From: Mollicutes bacterium
Lineage (GTDB): Bacteria; Bacillota_I; Bacilli_A; RF39; UBA660
Direction of reading: 5' to 3'
Length of the DNA stretch: 52,844 nucleotides
NCBI GenBank assembly: GCA_012837765.1
Contig: DUQO01000035.1
Span: 1 to 52,844 of the forward strand
Both the position numbers and the translations under genes were made by a program. Shown piece by piece: positions 9,852 to 18,569 of the stretch (its first letter is position 1; the number at the start of each line of letters is the position of its first letter). Under the pieces are notes generated by a model. That model worked only from the letters and a program-made list of their open reading frames with translations, did not search any database and was not told the origin of the DNA.

Positions 9852-10008
9852 TTTACCTCCTTTGTCTAATGTTATTATGCGAAACTTTTTATGTTATACT
9901 CGATAATATTAGTAAGAAATAAAGAATATTGAAAGATCATGTAAAAACTTTAAAATGTATATTTAAATATCTAAAAAGGATGATTGGTTTTATAATCTTG
10001 CTACAAAT

Positions 10009-10040
10009 AAAAAGGTTTAATATGACATTAAACCTTTTTT
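10009..10040. terminator. Bidirectional intrinsic terminator
   Basis: AAAAAGGTTTAAT-ATGAC-ATTAAACCTTTTT. Confidence 0.7.
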
Positions 10041-10149
10041 ATTTTCAACCATGTATCAACAAAATGAGAGAGAAAAATAAGGATTCCAACAACTAGTCAC
10101 AGTACTTGTCTTTTTTATCCGGGTGGTGAATTTAAAGACTTTCGTTTTA

Positions 10150-10860
10150 TCATCTTATAATTTTGTTTGGGAATTGTCTAGCTAAACCATCTAGGAACAT
10201 ATCTGACATCATAAGAGCTTGCGCTTCTATTTTATCAAATAATCTTATTGCTTCCTCATACTTATTAGTGAGTATAGCTACTGCTTCATCTTTAGTAAGT
10301 GCTAGATGGTTATAAAACATATTTCTTATTTCCGTTTCATTAAAGTAAGGATTGATGCTACTCATAAATCTTGCTATATCATCAGCATTTCTATGCCACT
10401 TATCATCAATCATCTTAACAGCATTATTATCTCCTTTTTTTGCAGCCACAACTAGATCAGCAGCTATTGTTAAGTGATCCCTCATTAGGTTTGCAAATTG
10501 TTTTGCAACACTTTGATCATAAAAATGAGCAAACAGATTACCAAAGTCATCAGCATTTCTAAGTAAACGATTAGTAACAAGTGCAGTATCAGGAGCATTA
10601 CTAGCCAAAGCCATAATTGTTAGTTTTGTCCAAACTATATGTTCTTCCCAAAGCCTACGAAATTCATTGTTTAAATTTATAAAAGTAATATTTTTCATTG
10701 GTTTTCCATGTCTTAAATAACTGTCAATTTGATATTGACGGAACAAGTTAGGATAGTCAGAGTAATAAAAATTATCGTCTGTTATAACTTGATTACCATA
10801 TAATTGCTCGAAACAACAAGGTACACCATGACGATAGCAACAACAACCATCATTGTTCAT
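10150..10860 (-). CDS. Spore-associated helical protein (family often labelled 'acetylglutamate kinase'), with Cys-rich N-terminus
   Basis: LWEEHIVWT / LMRDHLTIA / MFYNHLALT motifs; no kinase motifs; SigK-like promoter upstream. Confidence 0.65.
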   Translation of the reverse strand: MNNDGCCCYRHGVPCCFEQLYGNQVITDDNFYYSDYPNLFRQYQIDSYLRHGKPMKNITFINLNNEFRRLWEEHIVWTKLTIMALASNAPDTALVTNRLLRNADDFGNLFAHFYDQSVAKQFANLMRDHLTIAADLVVAAKKGDNNAVKMIDDKWHRNADDIARFMSSINPYFNETEIRNMFYNHLALTKDEAVAILTNKYEEAIRLFDKIEAQALMMSDMFLDGLARQFPNKIIR

Positions 10861-10888
10861 AAAAATCCTCCTATTATTTTTTCAATTA

Positions 10889-10915
10889 TATGATATGCAA
10901 CTAAATAGGTTATGT
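10889..10915 (-). promoter_or_regulatory. SigK-like promoter
   Basis: AC-16 nt-CATAtcaTA on the minus strand. Confidence 0.5.
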
Positions 10916-10984
10916 TAATTAATTAATTATAGGATTATTTTATGAAAAACAATTTGCGATGTTATCCAAAACAGTCAGTCTAAC

Positions 10985-11006
10985 TTGAATCCTACTACCT
11001 CTACCA
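10985..11006 (+). other. tRNA 3'-end remnant (att-like scar)
   Basis: TTGAAT-CCTAC-TACCTCT-A-CCA parses as T-loop, T-stem 3' strand, acceptor 3' strand, discriminator and CCA; no 5' half upstream. Confidence 0.5.
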
Positions 11007-11070
11007 TAATGAGATAAAAATTTCCAACTTTTATTCTCTTTTTATGTTATACTTTAACCGAGGTGATCTT

Positions 11071-11412
11071 ATGTTGGAAGAAAGTAAAAAGTATTTAGGA
11101 AAAGTTGTAAAAGTAATTATTGATAGACCTTTAGCTACCACTCATCCAAAACATGGGTTTGTATATATGTTAAATTACGGATATATTCCTAATACTATTA
11201 GTGGAGATGGCGAAGAATTAGATGCATATGTAATTGGAGTTTTTGAACCGAAAGAAGAATTTGAAGGTGAAGTGATTGCCGTAATTCATAGGACTAATGA
11301 TAATGACGATAAATTAGTTGTTGTTCCTAAAAATAAAAACTATACAGATGATCAAATAAGAGCTTTAACAGAATTTCAAGAACAATTTTTTGAATCAGTA
11401 ATAATAAGATAA
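11071..11412 (+). CDS. ppa: Family I inorganic pyrophosphatase (short form)
   Basis: YMLNYGYIPNTISGDGEELDAY and DDKLVV; GAGGTG RBS before the ATG at 11071. Confidence 0.85.
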   Translation: MLEESKKYLGKVVKVIIDRPLATTHPKHGFVYMLNYGYIPNTISGDGEELDAYVIGVFEPKEEFEGEVIAVIHRTNDNDDKLVVVPKNKNYTDDQIRALTEFQEQFFESVIIR

Positions 11413-11539
11413 ACATCCTTATTCAAAGTTTAAACTTGGTATAAAAGTACCAGGTTTTTATATTATAAAAGGTAATCAAATCTTTAATGTCAAACTATTT
11501 AAGTATTTATCCTTAATATTTTGTTTATACTAATTTTAG

Positions 11540-13030
11540 GTGATAATAATGAATTCAATATGGATGAGGGATTATGTAGATAAAGGATTGCCTAGTATAG
11601 ACAAAAACATTGATACTCCTGTTTTAATAATTGGTGGCGGTATAGCTGGTCTAATGTGTGCTTATAATTTTATGAAGAATAATATAAAATTTGTTTTAGT
11701 AGATGGTAAAAAGTTAGCGTGTGGAGTAAGCGCTAACACTACAGCTCAAATTAGTGTTGCACACGATTCTATATATGATGAAATAAATAAAAAACATGGT
11801 AAAGAAAAAGCTATAGCATATTTAAAGTCACAAGCAGAAGGATTAAATTTGATAAAAGAAATTATTAAAACAGAAAATATAAATTGTGATTATAAAGAAG
11901 AAAGTACTATATTATGTGCTGATGAAGAGAAAAACATTAAAACTTTAGAAAAGCAATATCAATTGCTTAAAGATTTTTATAATGTTGAATTAATCTCTTC
12001 TAAAAAGGATTTTATAACTTTCAAACAAGGACTTGAATTCAAAAATCAGTTTATATTTAATCCTATGAAATATATGATGAATATTATAGACATTTTAATA
12101 AAAAATAATATTCCGTTATATGAGAATTCAAAAGTAACTAATATAAACAAAAAGGAAAACGGTTATGAGGTAGTAATAAATAACAAACATATAATAAATA
12201 CTGATAAAATTGTTATGACTTGCCATTATCCCTTTCTAAATCCTGATAATTTATATTTTGCTAAAATATATCAAAGCAAATCATATGCTATAGCATTTAA
12301 AACAAACTTAAAATTGAAGGCTAACTACATATCATTTGATGCTCCTTATTACTATATTAGAACTTATGATGATTCTACTTTAATATTAGGTGGGAGTGAT
12401 CACTTTACTGGAATAGACATCGATATAAATGAACGCTATGAAATGCTTAAAAATAAAATATATGATATAGATAAAAATGCTAAAATTGAATATCAATGGT
12501 TCACCGAAGATTGTATGCCCATTGATTCACTCCCCTTTGTTGGTAGATATTCCAAAAAAAATCCTGACATAATTTTAGTCACTGGTTTCCAAAAATGGGG
12601 TTTTACTAATAGTCATGCTGCTGCTAAAAATGTAACTAATATGCTTCTTAATAACGAGTATAATGATTTGTATAGAACTGATAGAAATACATTACTTAAA
12701 GATTTAAAATCTACATTTAGAATGATAGGTCACAGTATAGATGGCTTAGTAATTAGTAAATTGTTAGTGAAAAAATATGATTTAGATAAAATAGCGATTG
12801 ATAGTGGAAAAGTTATTAAATATAAAAATAAGAATGTATTAGTATATAGGGAAAGCAAGGACAAATATATATTTTTAGAAAACAAATGTACCCATATGGG
12901 CTGTTCCTTAATTTGGAATGATGCAGATAAAGTATGGGAATCAAAATGCCATGGTTCGATCTTTGATAAATATGGTCATGTTATTTATGGACCAGCAATA
13001 AAAGATTTAAGAAGAATTAACTTAGAATAG
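11540..13030 (+). CDS. FAD-dependent oxidoreductase with C-terminal Rieske domain (YhfW-like)
   Basis: IIGGGIAG, TGFQKWG, CTHMGC...WESKCHGS. Confidence 0.88.
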   Translation: MIIMNSIWMRDYVDKGLPSIDKNIDTPVLIIGGGIAGLMCAYNFMKNNIKFVLVDGKKLACGVSANTTAQISVAHDSIYDEINKKHGKEKAIAYLKSQAEGLNLIKEIIKTENINCDYKEESTILCADEEKNIKTLEKQYQLLKDFYNVELISSKKDFITFKQGLEFKNQFIFNPMKYMMNIIDILIKNNIPLYENSKVTNINKKENGYEVVINNKHIINTDKIVMTCHYPFLNPDNLYFAKIYQSKSYAIAFKTNLKLKANYISFDAPYYYIRTYDDSTLILGGSDHFTGIDIDINERYEMLKNKIYDIDKNAKIEYQWFTEDCMPIDSLPFVGRYSKKNPDIILVTGFQKWGFTNSHAAAKNVTNMLLNNEYNDLYRTDRNTLLKDLKSTFRMIGHSIDGLVISKLLVKKYDLDKIAIDSGKVIKYKNKNVLVYRESKDKYIFLENKCTHMGCSLIWNDADKVWESKCHGSIFDKYGHVIYGPAIKDLRRINLE

Positions 13031-13092
13031 TCAAATATGTATTTTTAACGTTTTTAAAAAATAAGAACTAAACATTTTATATAGATACCAAT

Positions 13093-13125
13093 AAAAAAAC
13101 AACAATTACATGAATTGTTGTTTTT
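13093..13125. terminator. Bidirectional terminator
   Basis: AAAAACAACAATT-ACATG-AATTGTTGTTTTT between convergent genes. Confidence 0.75.
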
Positions 13126-13135
13126 ATTACCTACA

Positions 13136-13663
13136 TTATCTTGTTTTTTCTTTTTCTTCAACACCAATATTTAAAGCTTCTAAACGTTGTTGATACATTT
13201 CAGCTGCTTCTGGACCTTTAGTAATCATAATAACTTTCTTAATATCTTTTGTTATGTAATTCATAATAGTTAAAATATCAGGATCTTGTGTTTCTAATTC
13301 TGATACCCTAAGTAATAAACCATCTACTTCTGGAACATTATCAAAAATATAATAAGGATTAGTCGCTTTCGTTTCCCAAATATAAGAGTTTATCCCTACA
13401 ATGTGTCTATAAAATTGTTGTTCTTCTGGAGTACGAATAGGGTTTTCAATTAAGTCTTTTGCCTTTACAATTTCTGATTGTAACATTGACATAATTTTTA
13501 TTATTTCTGGGTTTTCCGTATTTAAATTATTCATTTGTTGTAATAATTGGTTAAATTCTGCAAAGTTGTCATAGAACCATCCTGGTTCCCTTGCTTTAAG
13601 TCCTAGAACATAACCTTCAATTCCTATTAAATGGTTTAAAAACTTTCTTTCTTCAACAGTCAT
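13136..13663 (-). CDS. Hypothetical protein made of two tandem ~77-aa repeats
   Basis: AAGGAGGG RBS; TVEERKFLNHLIGI... aligns with TPEEQQFYRHIVGI... Confidence 0.75.
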   Translation of the reverse strand: MTVEERKFLNHLIGIEGYVLGLKAREPGWFYDNFAEFNQLLQQMNNLNTENPEIIKIMSMLQSEIVKAKDLIENPIRTPEEQQFYRHIVGINSYIWETKATNPYYIFDNVPEVDGLLLRVSELETQDPDILTIMNYITKDIKKVIMITKGPEAAEMYQQRLEALNIGVEEKEKTR

Positions 13664-13831
13664 AATTTCCCTCCTTTTAACCTTTCAATTGTGTTATATC
13701 ATAGTTTTTTCAAAATTAATTATGAGTTAAAATCCAATTTACATATTATTGTCAACATAAAGAAAAAGGTTACAATTTGTTAATTATTTCTCTGTTTTAT
13801 GATATCCTTATGGTAGAAAGAAGGTTATAGT

Positions 13832-14476
13832 TTGAAAAAAATATTATCAAATATTATATTTACCGTAGTGATGTGTGTGTTTGGTTATTTGGTTATTGCT
13901 AACATACAACATGTTTTATATCTTAATAAATATGATACTTTTGATTTTAACAGTAAGAGTATGACTGACATAAAAACTAATATAAAAACATTAGAGGAAA
14001 ATATTGATAAAATATCAAAATTAGATACTACCGTTTTTGATGAAGAAGAATTAAATAAAATTAAGGATTCTTTTGATACATCATTAAAAAATATAAAATC
14101 AAACAAATTATTAACTTATGAAGGAGTGCAAAAATTTTATTTAAGAGACTTGCTAATAATCGATTTAAGCAATCAATTTTCACCTGCTGGAAAAATCCCA
14201 GTGTTAGAAACGCTTGCAAAATATGACCCGTCTATAAATGATTTTTTGGAAGTTTACAAATATGAATTTTTAAGTAATGCCTACAACAGCGAAGCAAATT
14301 ATATAGAAGTAAGGTATGCTTACAAATATAATACACTGGATTTCTTTAATGCTATTATGATGGAACCAACGAATACCAGAATACGCTCAAGAGTATACAA
14401 ATTAAGTTATTTTGTAATTAGAGAAAACTATCTGGCTAATCTTGTATTAAAGATAGGTGGTGGTAACAATGAATAA
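13832..14476 (+). CDS. Hypothetical membrane-anchored protein
   Basis: N-terminal hydrophobic helix followed by a coiled region. Confidence 0.7.
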   Translation: MKKILSNIIFTVVMCVFGYLVIANIQHVLYLNKYDTFDFNSKSMTDIKTNIKTLEENIDKISKLDTTVFDEEELNKIKDSFDTSLKNIKSNKLLTYEGVQKFYLRDLLIIDLSNQFSPAGKIPVLETLAKYDPSINDFLEVYKYEFLSNAYNSEANYIEVRYAYKYNTLDFFNAIMMEPTNTRIRSRVYKLSYFVIRENYLANLVLKIGGGNNE

Positions 14477-14879
14477 AATATTTAGAATAATAAGTAATAC
14501 CCTTTTCTTTATAAACACAATTATATTATTCAGCTCATATACTCATATATTCAATTTTAGTTTTGTCAAAATAACAACTTGTTCCATTATAGTTCTAATT
14601 CTTTTAATTATAAATATTGTTCAAATAAAACAAAAAAATAAGATTATTTTTGATAAAAAATATAACACTTTGTTTTTGTTAGTTAATATAATTGTATTAG
14701 TAATCTTTTTAAGAGAAAAATTTGATCAAAGTATTCCTCTTGGATCTGCCAATAATGTCATTATATTCGATTACAATACTAGTGGACTTTTTATCGATTA
14801 TAATGCTATATATATTACTATAATGTATGCAGGGTTGTTACTTTATAATTTGTTAAACAAAGAAAAGAAGCATAAATAA
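14469..14879 (+). CDS. Hypothetical integral membrane protein (about 4 TM)
   Basis: Hydrophobic segments; start overlaps the upstream stop; terminator AATAAGCACTA/TAGTGCTTATT follows. Confidence 0.7.
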   Translation: MNKIFRIISNTLFFINTIILFSSYTHIFNFSFVKITTCSIIVLILLIINIVQIKQKNKIIFDKKYNTLFLLVNIIVLVIFLREKFDQSIPLGSANNVIIFDYNTSGLFIDYNAIYITIMYAGLLLYNLLNKEKKHK

Positions 14880-14944
14880 GCACTAACTACTAGTGCTTAT
14901 TTTATCTCTTGCGCTTTCCTTTTTATGGTATAATATAGTCATTT

Positions 14945-16171
14945 ATGGGAGCCATTATGAAAGAGAAAAAAATATTATTTTTAAAGAAAAGTAGACTTGC
15001 CCTTTATTTTGTATTATTATTTTTGTCCTTATCACCTAGTAATCAAATTGATGCTAAAGTATCTATACAAAACATTAAAAATATGACTGATGAAGAAGAT
15101 GAAATCAAAAAACTTAAATTGATTGCTGTAGGAGATAATTTAATACATAGTAGTGTTTATAAAAATGGCAAAAAAAATGGTATTTATAACTTCGATTCGT
15201 TCTTTGAAAACGTCAAAGATGAATTAGAATGGGCAGATATAAAAGTAATTAATCAAGAAACAATTTTAGTTAAAAATGAAAATGACTATAGTGGTTATCC
15301 TAGATTTGGAAGTCCATATGAGATAGGAGATGCTATTGCAAAAGCAGGATTTAATGTAGTATTACATGCCACTAATCATTCATATGATAAAGGTTTAAAG
15401 GGCTTGAAAGAAACATTTTCTTTTTGGGATCAATACAAAGATCAAGTTACTGTTTTAGGTATTCATAAAGATAATGAAGATTATAACAAGATTAAGATAA
15501 TTGAAGTAAATGGTATAAAAGTTGCTTTATTAAATTATACATACGGTTTAAATGGTCTTTCTCTTCCTAAAGACAAACAATATCTAGTCGATACATTATA
15601 TGATAAAGATAAAGTAATTAAAGATATAACTAAAGCTGAAAAATTAGGAGATATAACAATAGTCTTTCCTCATTGGGGACAAGAATATGTATACGATGAG
15701 AATAAATATCAAAAGGATTATGCCTATGCTATGGCTGAAGCGGGAGCTGATTTGATAATTGGAACTCATCCACATGTCTTACAACCTTTAAAATATATTG
15801 AAACAAAAGATCAAAGAACAGTTCCTGTATACTATAGTTTAGGTAACTTTATTTCAGCTCAAAATAAAGATCCAAGAATGTTAGGTGGCATGGCTAAAGT
15901 AATAATAACTGATAATAATGGCCAAATCACATTAGACTGTAAAATAGAACCTATTGTTACACATTTTGAACCTAAAAAACCTTATACTGCATATATGTTA
16001 AAAGATTATACTGACGATTTAGGTACAAAACATAAACAGGGCTTAACATTAGATTATTTGTATAATTTATACAATGACATCGTGGAAGATAAAGATAAAT
16101 TAGAACAAAACGTTTATAAAAAACGTGTGAATAAACCAAAATTTAGAAAACCTTATAAGTGGACAGTTTAA
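14945..16171 (+). CDS. CapA/PgsA-family metallophosphoesterase-fold protein
   Basis: AVGDNLIH, NQET, ATNHSYD, PHWGQE, GTHPHVLQP, YSLGNF. Confidence 0.9.
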   Translation: MGAIMKEKKILFLKKSRLALYFVLLFLSLSPSNQIDAKVSIQNIKNMTDEEDEIKKLKLIAVGDNLIHSSVYKNGKKNGIYNFDSFFENVKDELEWADIKVINQETILVKNENDYSGYPRFGSPYEIGDAIAKAGFNVVLHATNHSYDKGLKGLKETFSFWDQYKDQVTVLGIHKDNEDYNKIKIIEVNGIKVALLNYTYGLNGLSLPKDKQYLVDTLYDKDKVIKDITKAEKLGDITIVFPHWGQEYVYDENKYQKDYAYAMAEAGADLIIGTHPHVLQPLKYIETKDQRTVPVYYSLGNFISAQNKDPRMLGGMAKVIITDNNGQITLDCKIEPIVTHFEPKKPYTAYMLKDYTDDLGTKHKQGLTLDYLYNLYNDIVEDKDKLEQNVYKKRVNKPKFRKPYKWTV

Positions 16172-16261
16172 TGTCCACTTTTTTATGACATTAGTTCTTA
16201 CTCTTCTCTTCTTTTTTCGCTCCCCTTCTCTTCAATAATAAAAAGAGGGGAGCCCTCTTCA

Positions 16262-16357
16262 TTAACATACACCAAATCCACAAACTATAATTACAAGGAG
16301 AATAAATAGAACTAACACTACAGCACTAGATGAATGAAAACCACCATAACCAAACAT
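16262..16357 (-). CDS. YjcZ/SscA-family small sporulation protein (31 aa, not in ORF track)
   Basis: AGGAGGTG RBS; MFGYGGFHSSSAVVLVLFILLVIIVCGFGVC; hairpin terminator at ~16241-16260. Confidence 0.8.
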   Translation of the reverse strand: MFGYGGFHSSSAVVLVLFILLVIIVCGFGVC

Positions 16358-16501
16358 ATTATCACCTCCTACCATTGCTACACTATATCTTATGAAAGAT
16401 TAATTTTTTTGAGTGTGATGATGACTAACTTTATTATAAAATATGTTATATGCATATATTTTGTGATATAATGGCAATAGTTTGCTAATGAGGAGGTAAT
16501 T

Positions 16502-18544
16502 ATGGCAGTATCTAAAGAAGATTTAGATTTTGAGAAAAAGTATTTAAAAAACTGCTTAGATGACATCAAACAACAAATAAATGAATTAGGTAAAAATTTA
16601 GAAATTGAAAGTAAAGATCTTAAAGAAACAAGAAAATTTATATGGGAAAACAAAGGATCTATGGATCCAGTTGAAATAAGAAGTAATTTACTATCATCAG
16701 AACTTGAGTATTATGCATTTGAAAGACATGCTAATTATTTAAAAAAATTGTATCGTGTTAAAGAAAGTCCTTATTTCGGAAGAATTGATTTTGTTGAAGA
16801 TGAAAACAATATAAATCATACAATCTATATCGGCATAACTCATCTAGCAAAAGACAATAATAACCTCATATATGATTGGCGCGCTCCTATTTCTAGTTTG
16901 TTTTATGATTACGAAGGAGGAAAGGCATCATACATTGCACCAGAAGGAAAAATAAGTGGTTTGCTAACTAAAAAAAGACAATACAAAATTAAAAATGAAA
17001 AATTGGTACATATCTTTGATAACAACATTAATGTTACAGATGAATTTCTACAAGAAATTCTTTCAAACACTTCAAATGATAAGATGAAAAACATTGTTAA
17101 TACCATTCAAAAAGAGCAGAATGAAGTAATTAGAAACACAGATAGTAAAAACTTAATTGTTCAAGGTATAGCTGGATCTGGTAAAACTTCTGTCGCTCTT
17201 CACCGTATAGCTTTCCTTTTATACAAATTAGAAAATATAAATTCAAACAATATCTTAATTTTTTCACCTAACAATATATTTTCAGAATACATATCAAATG
17301 TCTTACCTGAGTTAGGAGAGACTAATGCACTTGATACAACATTTAGTGATTTCGCTAAAAAGTACATTACTAAATATAATAAGATTGAAAGTTTCTCTTC
17401 TTTTATTGAAAGATATTATACAAATTCAAATGTTAACAAAAATTTAACAACATTCAAAATGTCGGACGAAATGATTGATATTATTGATCAATATGTAGAA
17501 GACCTATTAAATAATGTCACATTCACAAATGATATAGAAATTGAAATTAGCACTTATGAAAAGGAATATTTAAATCAATTGTTTCATGATCGATATGCAA
17601 AAGTAACTTTGTTTGAGAGAATAGAACTTATCGCTGAGCATATTTGTAATAGAGAAAACAAAAGAATCAGTAAGGTTGGTAAAACTATTCAAAATATTCT
17701 TTGGAAGAACTTAAACGTTTCAAAAGACATCAAAGTTTTATTTAAAAACTTATTTAAATCAGATGCCTTTATTAAAAAATATAATGAAACATTAAGTGAT
17801 AATGAAATAAATAAATTTATCAATCAAAAAACCCTGTTTTATGAAGACTCACTCTTATTAATATATTTACAAGGTAAATTACAAAGTTTTCCATATAGCT
17901 CTGTTATCAAGCAAGTAGTAATTGATGAAGCGCAGGACTACAGTAAATTACAGTACATTATTTTGAAAAAAATATTTCCATATGCTTCATATACTGTTTT
18001 AGGTGATATCAATCAAAATATTAATCCATATTATAAATATAATTCACTATATGATTTAAAAGATATCTTAGGAGATACCAAATACGTAGAATTAAACAAA
18101 ACATATCGTTCTTCTCCTGAAATCATTGAATATACTAATAAAATCATGGGACTCAAACATGCTGTAAGCATAAGACATAGTAATAACTTTCCTGTCATAT
18201 GTGAAAACCCTGTTGATTTATATGCTCAATTGAAAGATGATATTAAAGAAGGTCAAAAGCATCATAAAAAGATTGCCATAGTAACTAAAAATAATGAAGA
18301 AGCTAAAATGTTGTATGATATGCTTAAAAATGATTTTGAAGACATTAATTATTTATCAGAATATAGTGAAAACTTTAATCATAATTTAGTTATCATACCT
18401 TCATATTTATCAAAAGGATTAGAATTTGATTTAGTTATTGTTTATACTGATAAGGACAACAAATATAAAAACAATGAAAAAAATTTATATTATGTTGTAA
18501 CAACTAGAGCTCAACACCAGTTAAAAATTTATAATCAAATATAA
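16502..18544 (+). CDS. helD: HelD-type RNA polymerase recycling ATPase (UvrD-like)
   Basis: SPYFGRIDF, DWRAPISSLFY, MKNIVNTIQKEQN, GIAGSGKT, DEAQD, KGLEFD. Confidence 0.85.
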   Translation: MAVSKEDLDFEKKYLKNCLDDIKQQINELGKNLEIESKDLKETRKFIWENKGSMDPVEIRSNLLSSELEYYAFERHANYLKKLYRVKESPYFGRIDFVEDENNINHTIYIGITHLAKDNNNLIYDWRAPISSLFYDYEGGKASYIAPEGKISGLLTKKRQYKIKNEKLVHIFDNNINVTDEFLQEILSNTSNDKMKNIVNTIQKEQNEVIRNTDSKNLIVQGIAGSGKTSVALHRIAFLLYKLENINSNNILIFSPNNIFSEYISNVLPELGETNALDTTFSDFAKKYITKYNKIESFSSFIERYYTNSNVNKNLTTFKMSDEMIDIIDQYVEDLLNNVTFTNDIEIEISTYEKEYLNQLFHDRYAKVTLFERIELIAEHICNRENKRISKVGKTIQNILWKNLNVSKDIKVLFKNLFKSDAFIKKYNETLSDNEINKFINQKTLFYEDSLLLIYLQGKLQSFPYSSVIKQVVIDEAQDYSKLQYIILKKIFPYASYTVLGDINQNINPYYKYNSLYDLKDILGDTKYVELNKTYRSSPEIIEYTNKIMGLKHAVSIRHSNNFPVICENPVDLYAQLKDDIKEGQKHHKKIAIVTKNNEEAKMLYDMLKNDFEDINYLSEYSENFNHNLVIIPSYLSKGLEFDLVIVYTDKDNKYKNNEKNLYYVVTTRAQHQLKIYNQI

Positions 18545-18569
18545 AACCAAAGCATATGCTTTGGTTTTT
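18543..18569. terminator. Bidirectional terminator (perfect palindrome)
   Basis: AAAACCAAAGCATATGCTTTGGTTTT between helD and asnB. Confidence 0.75.

Noticed and set aside
10940-11006. Intact tRNA gene
   Set aside because: Only the 3' end is present; no cloverleaf can be formed.
16200-16235. Pyrimidine tract sharing TTTTCGCTC with ~33777-33786
   Set aside because: The match is too short to call a repeat family.
16502-18544. HelR rifamycin-resistance determinant
   Set aside because: No RAE-like palindrome seen; the protein looks like ordinary Firmicute HelD.
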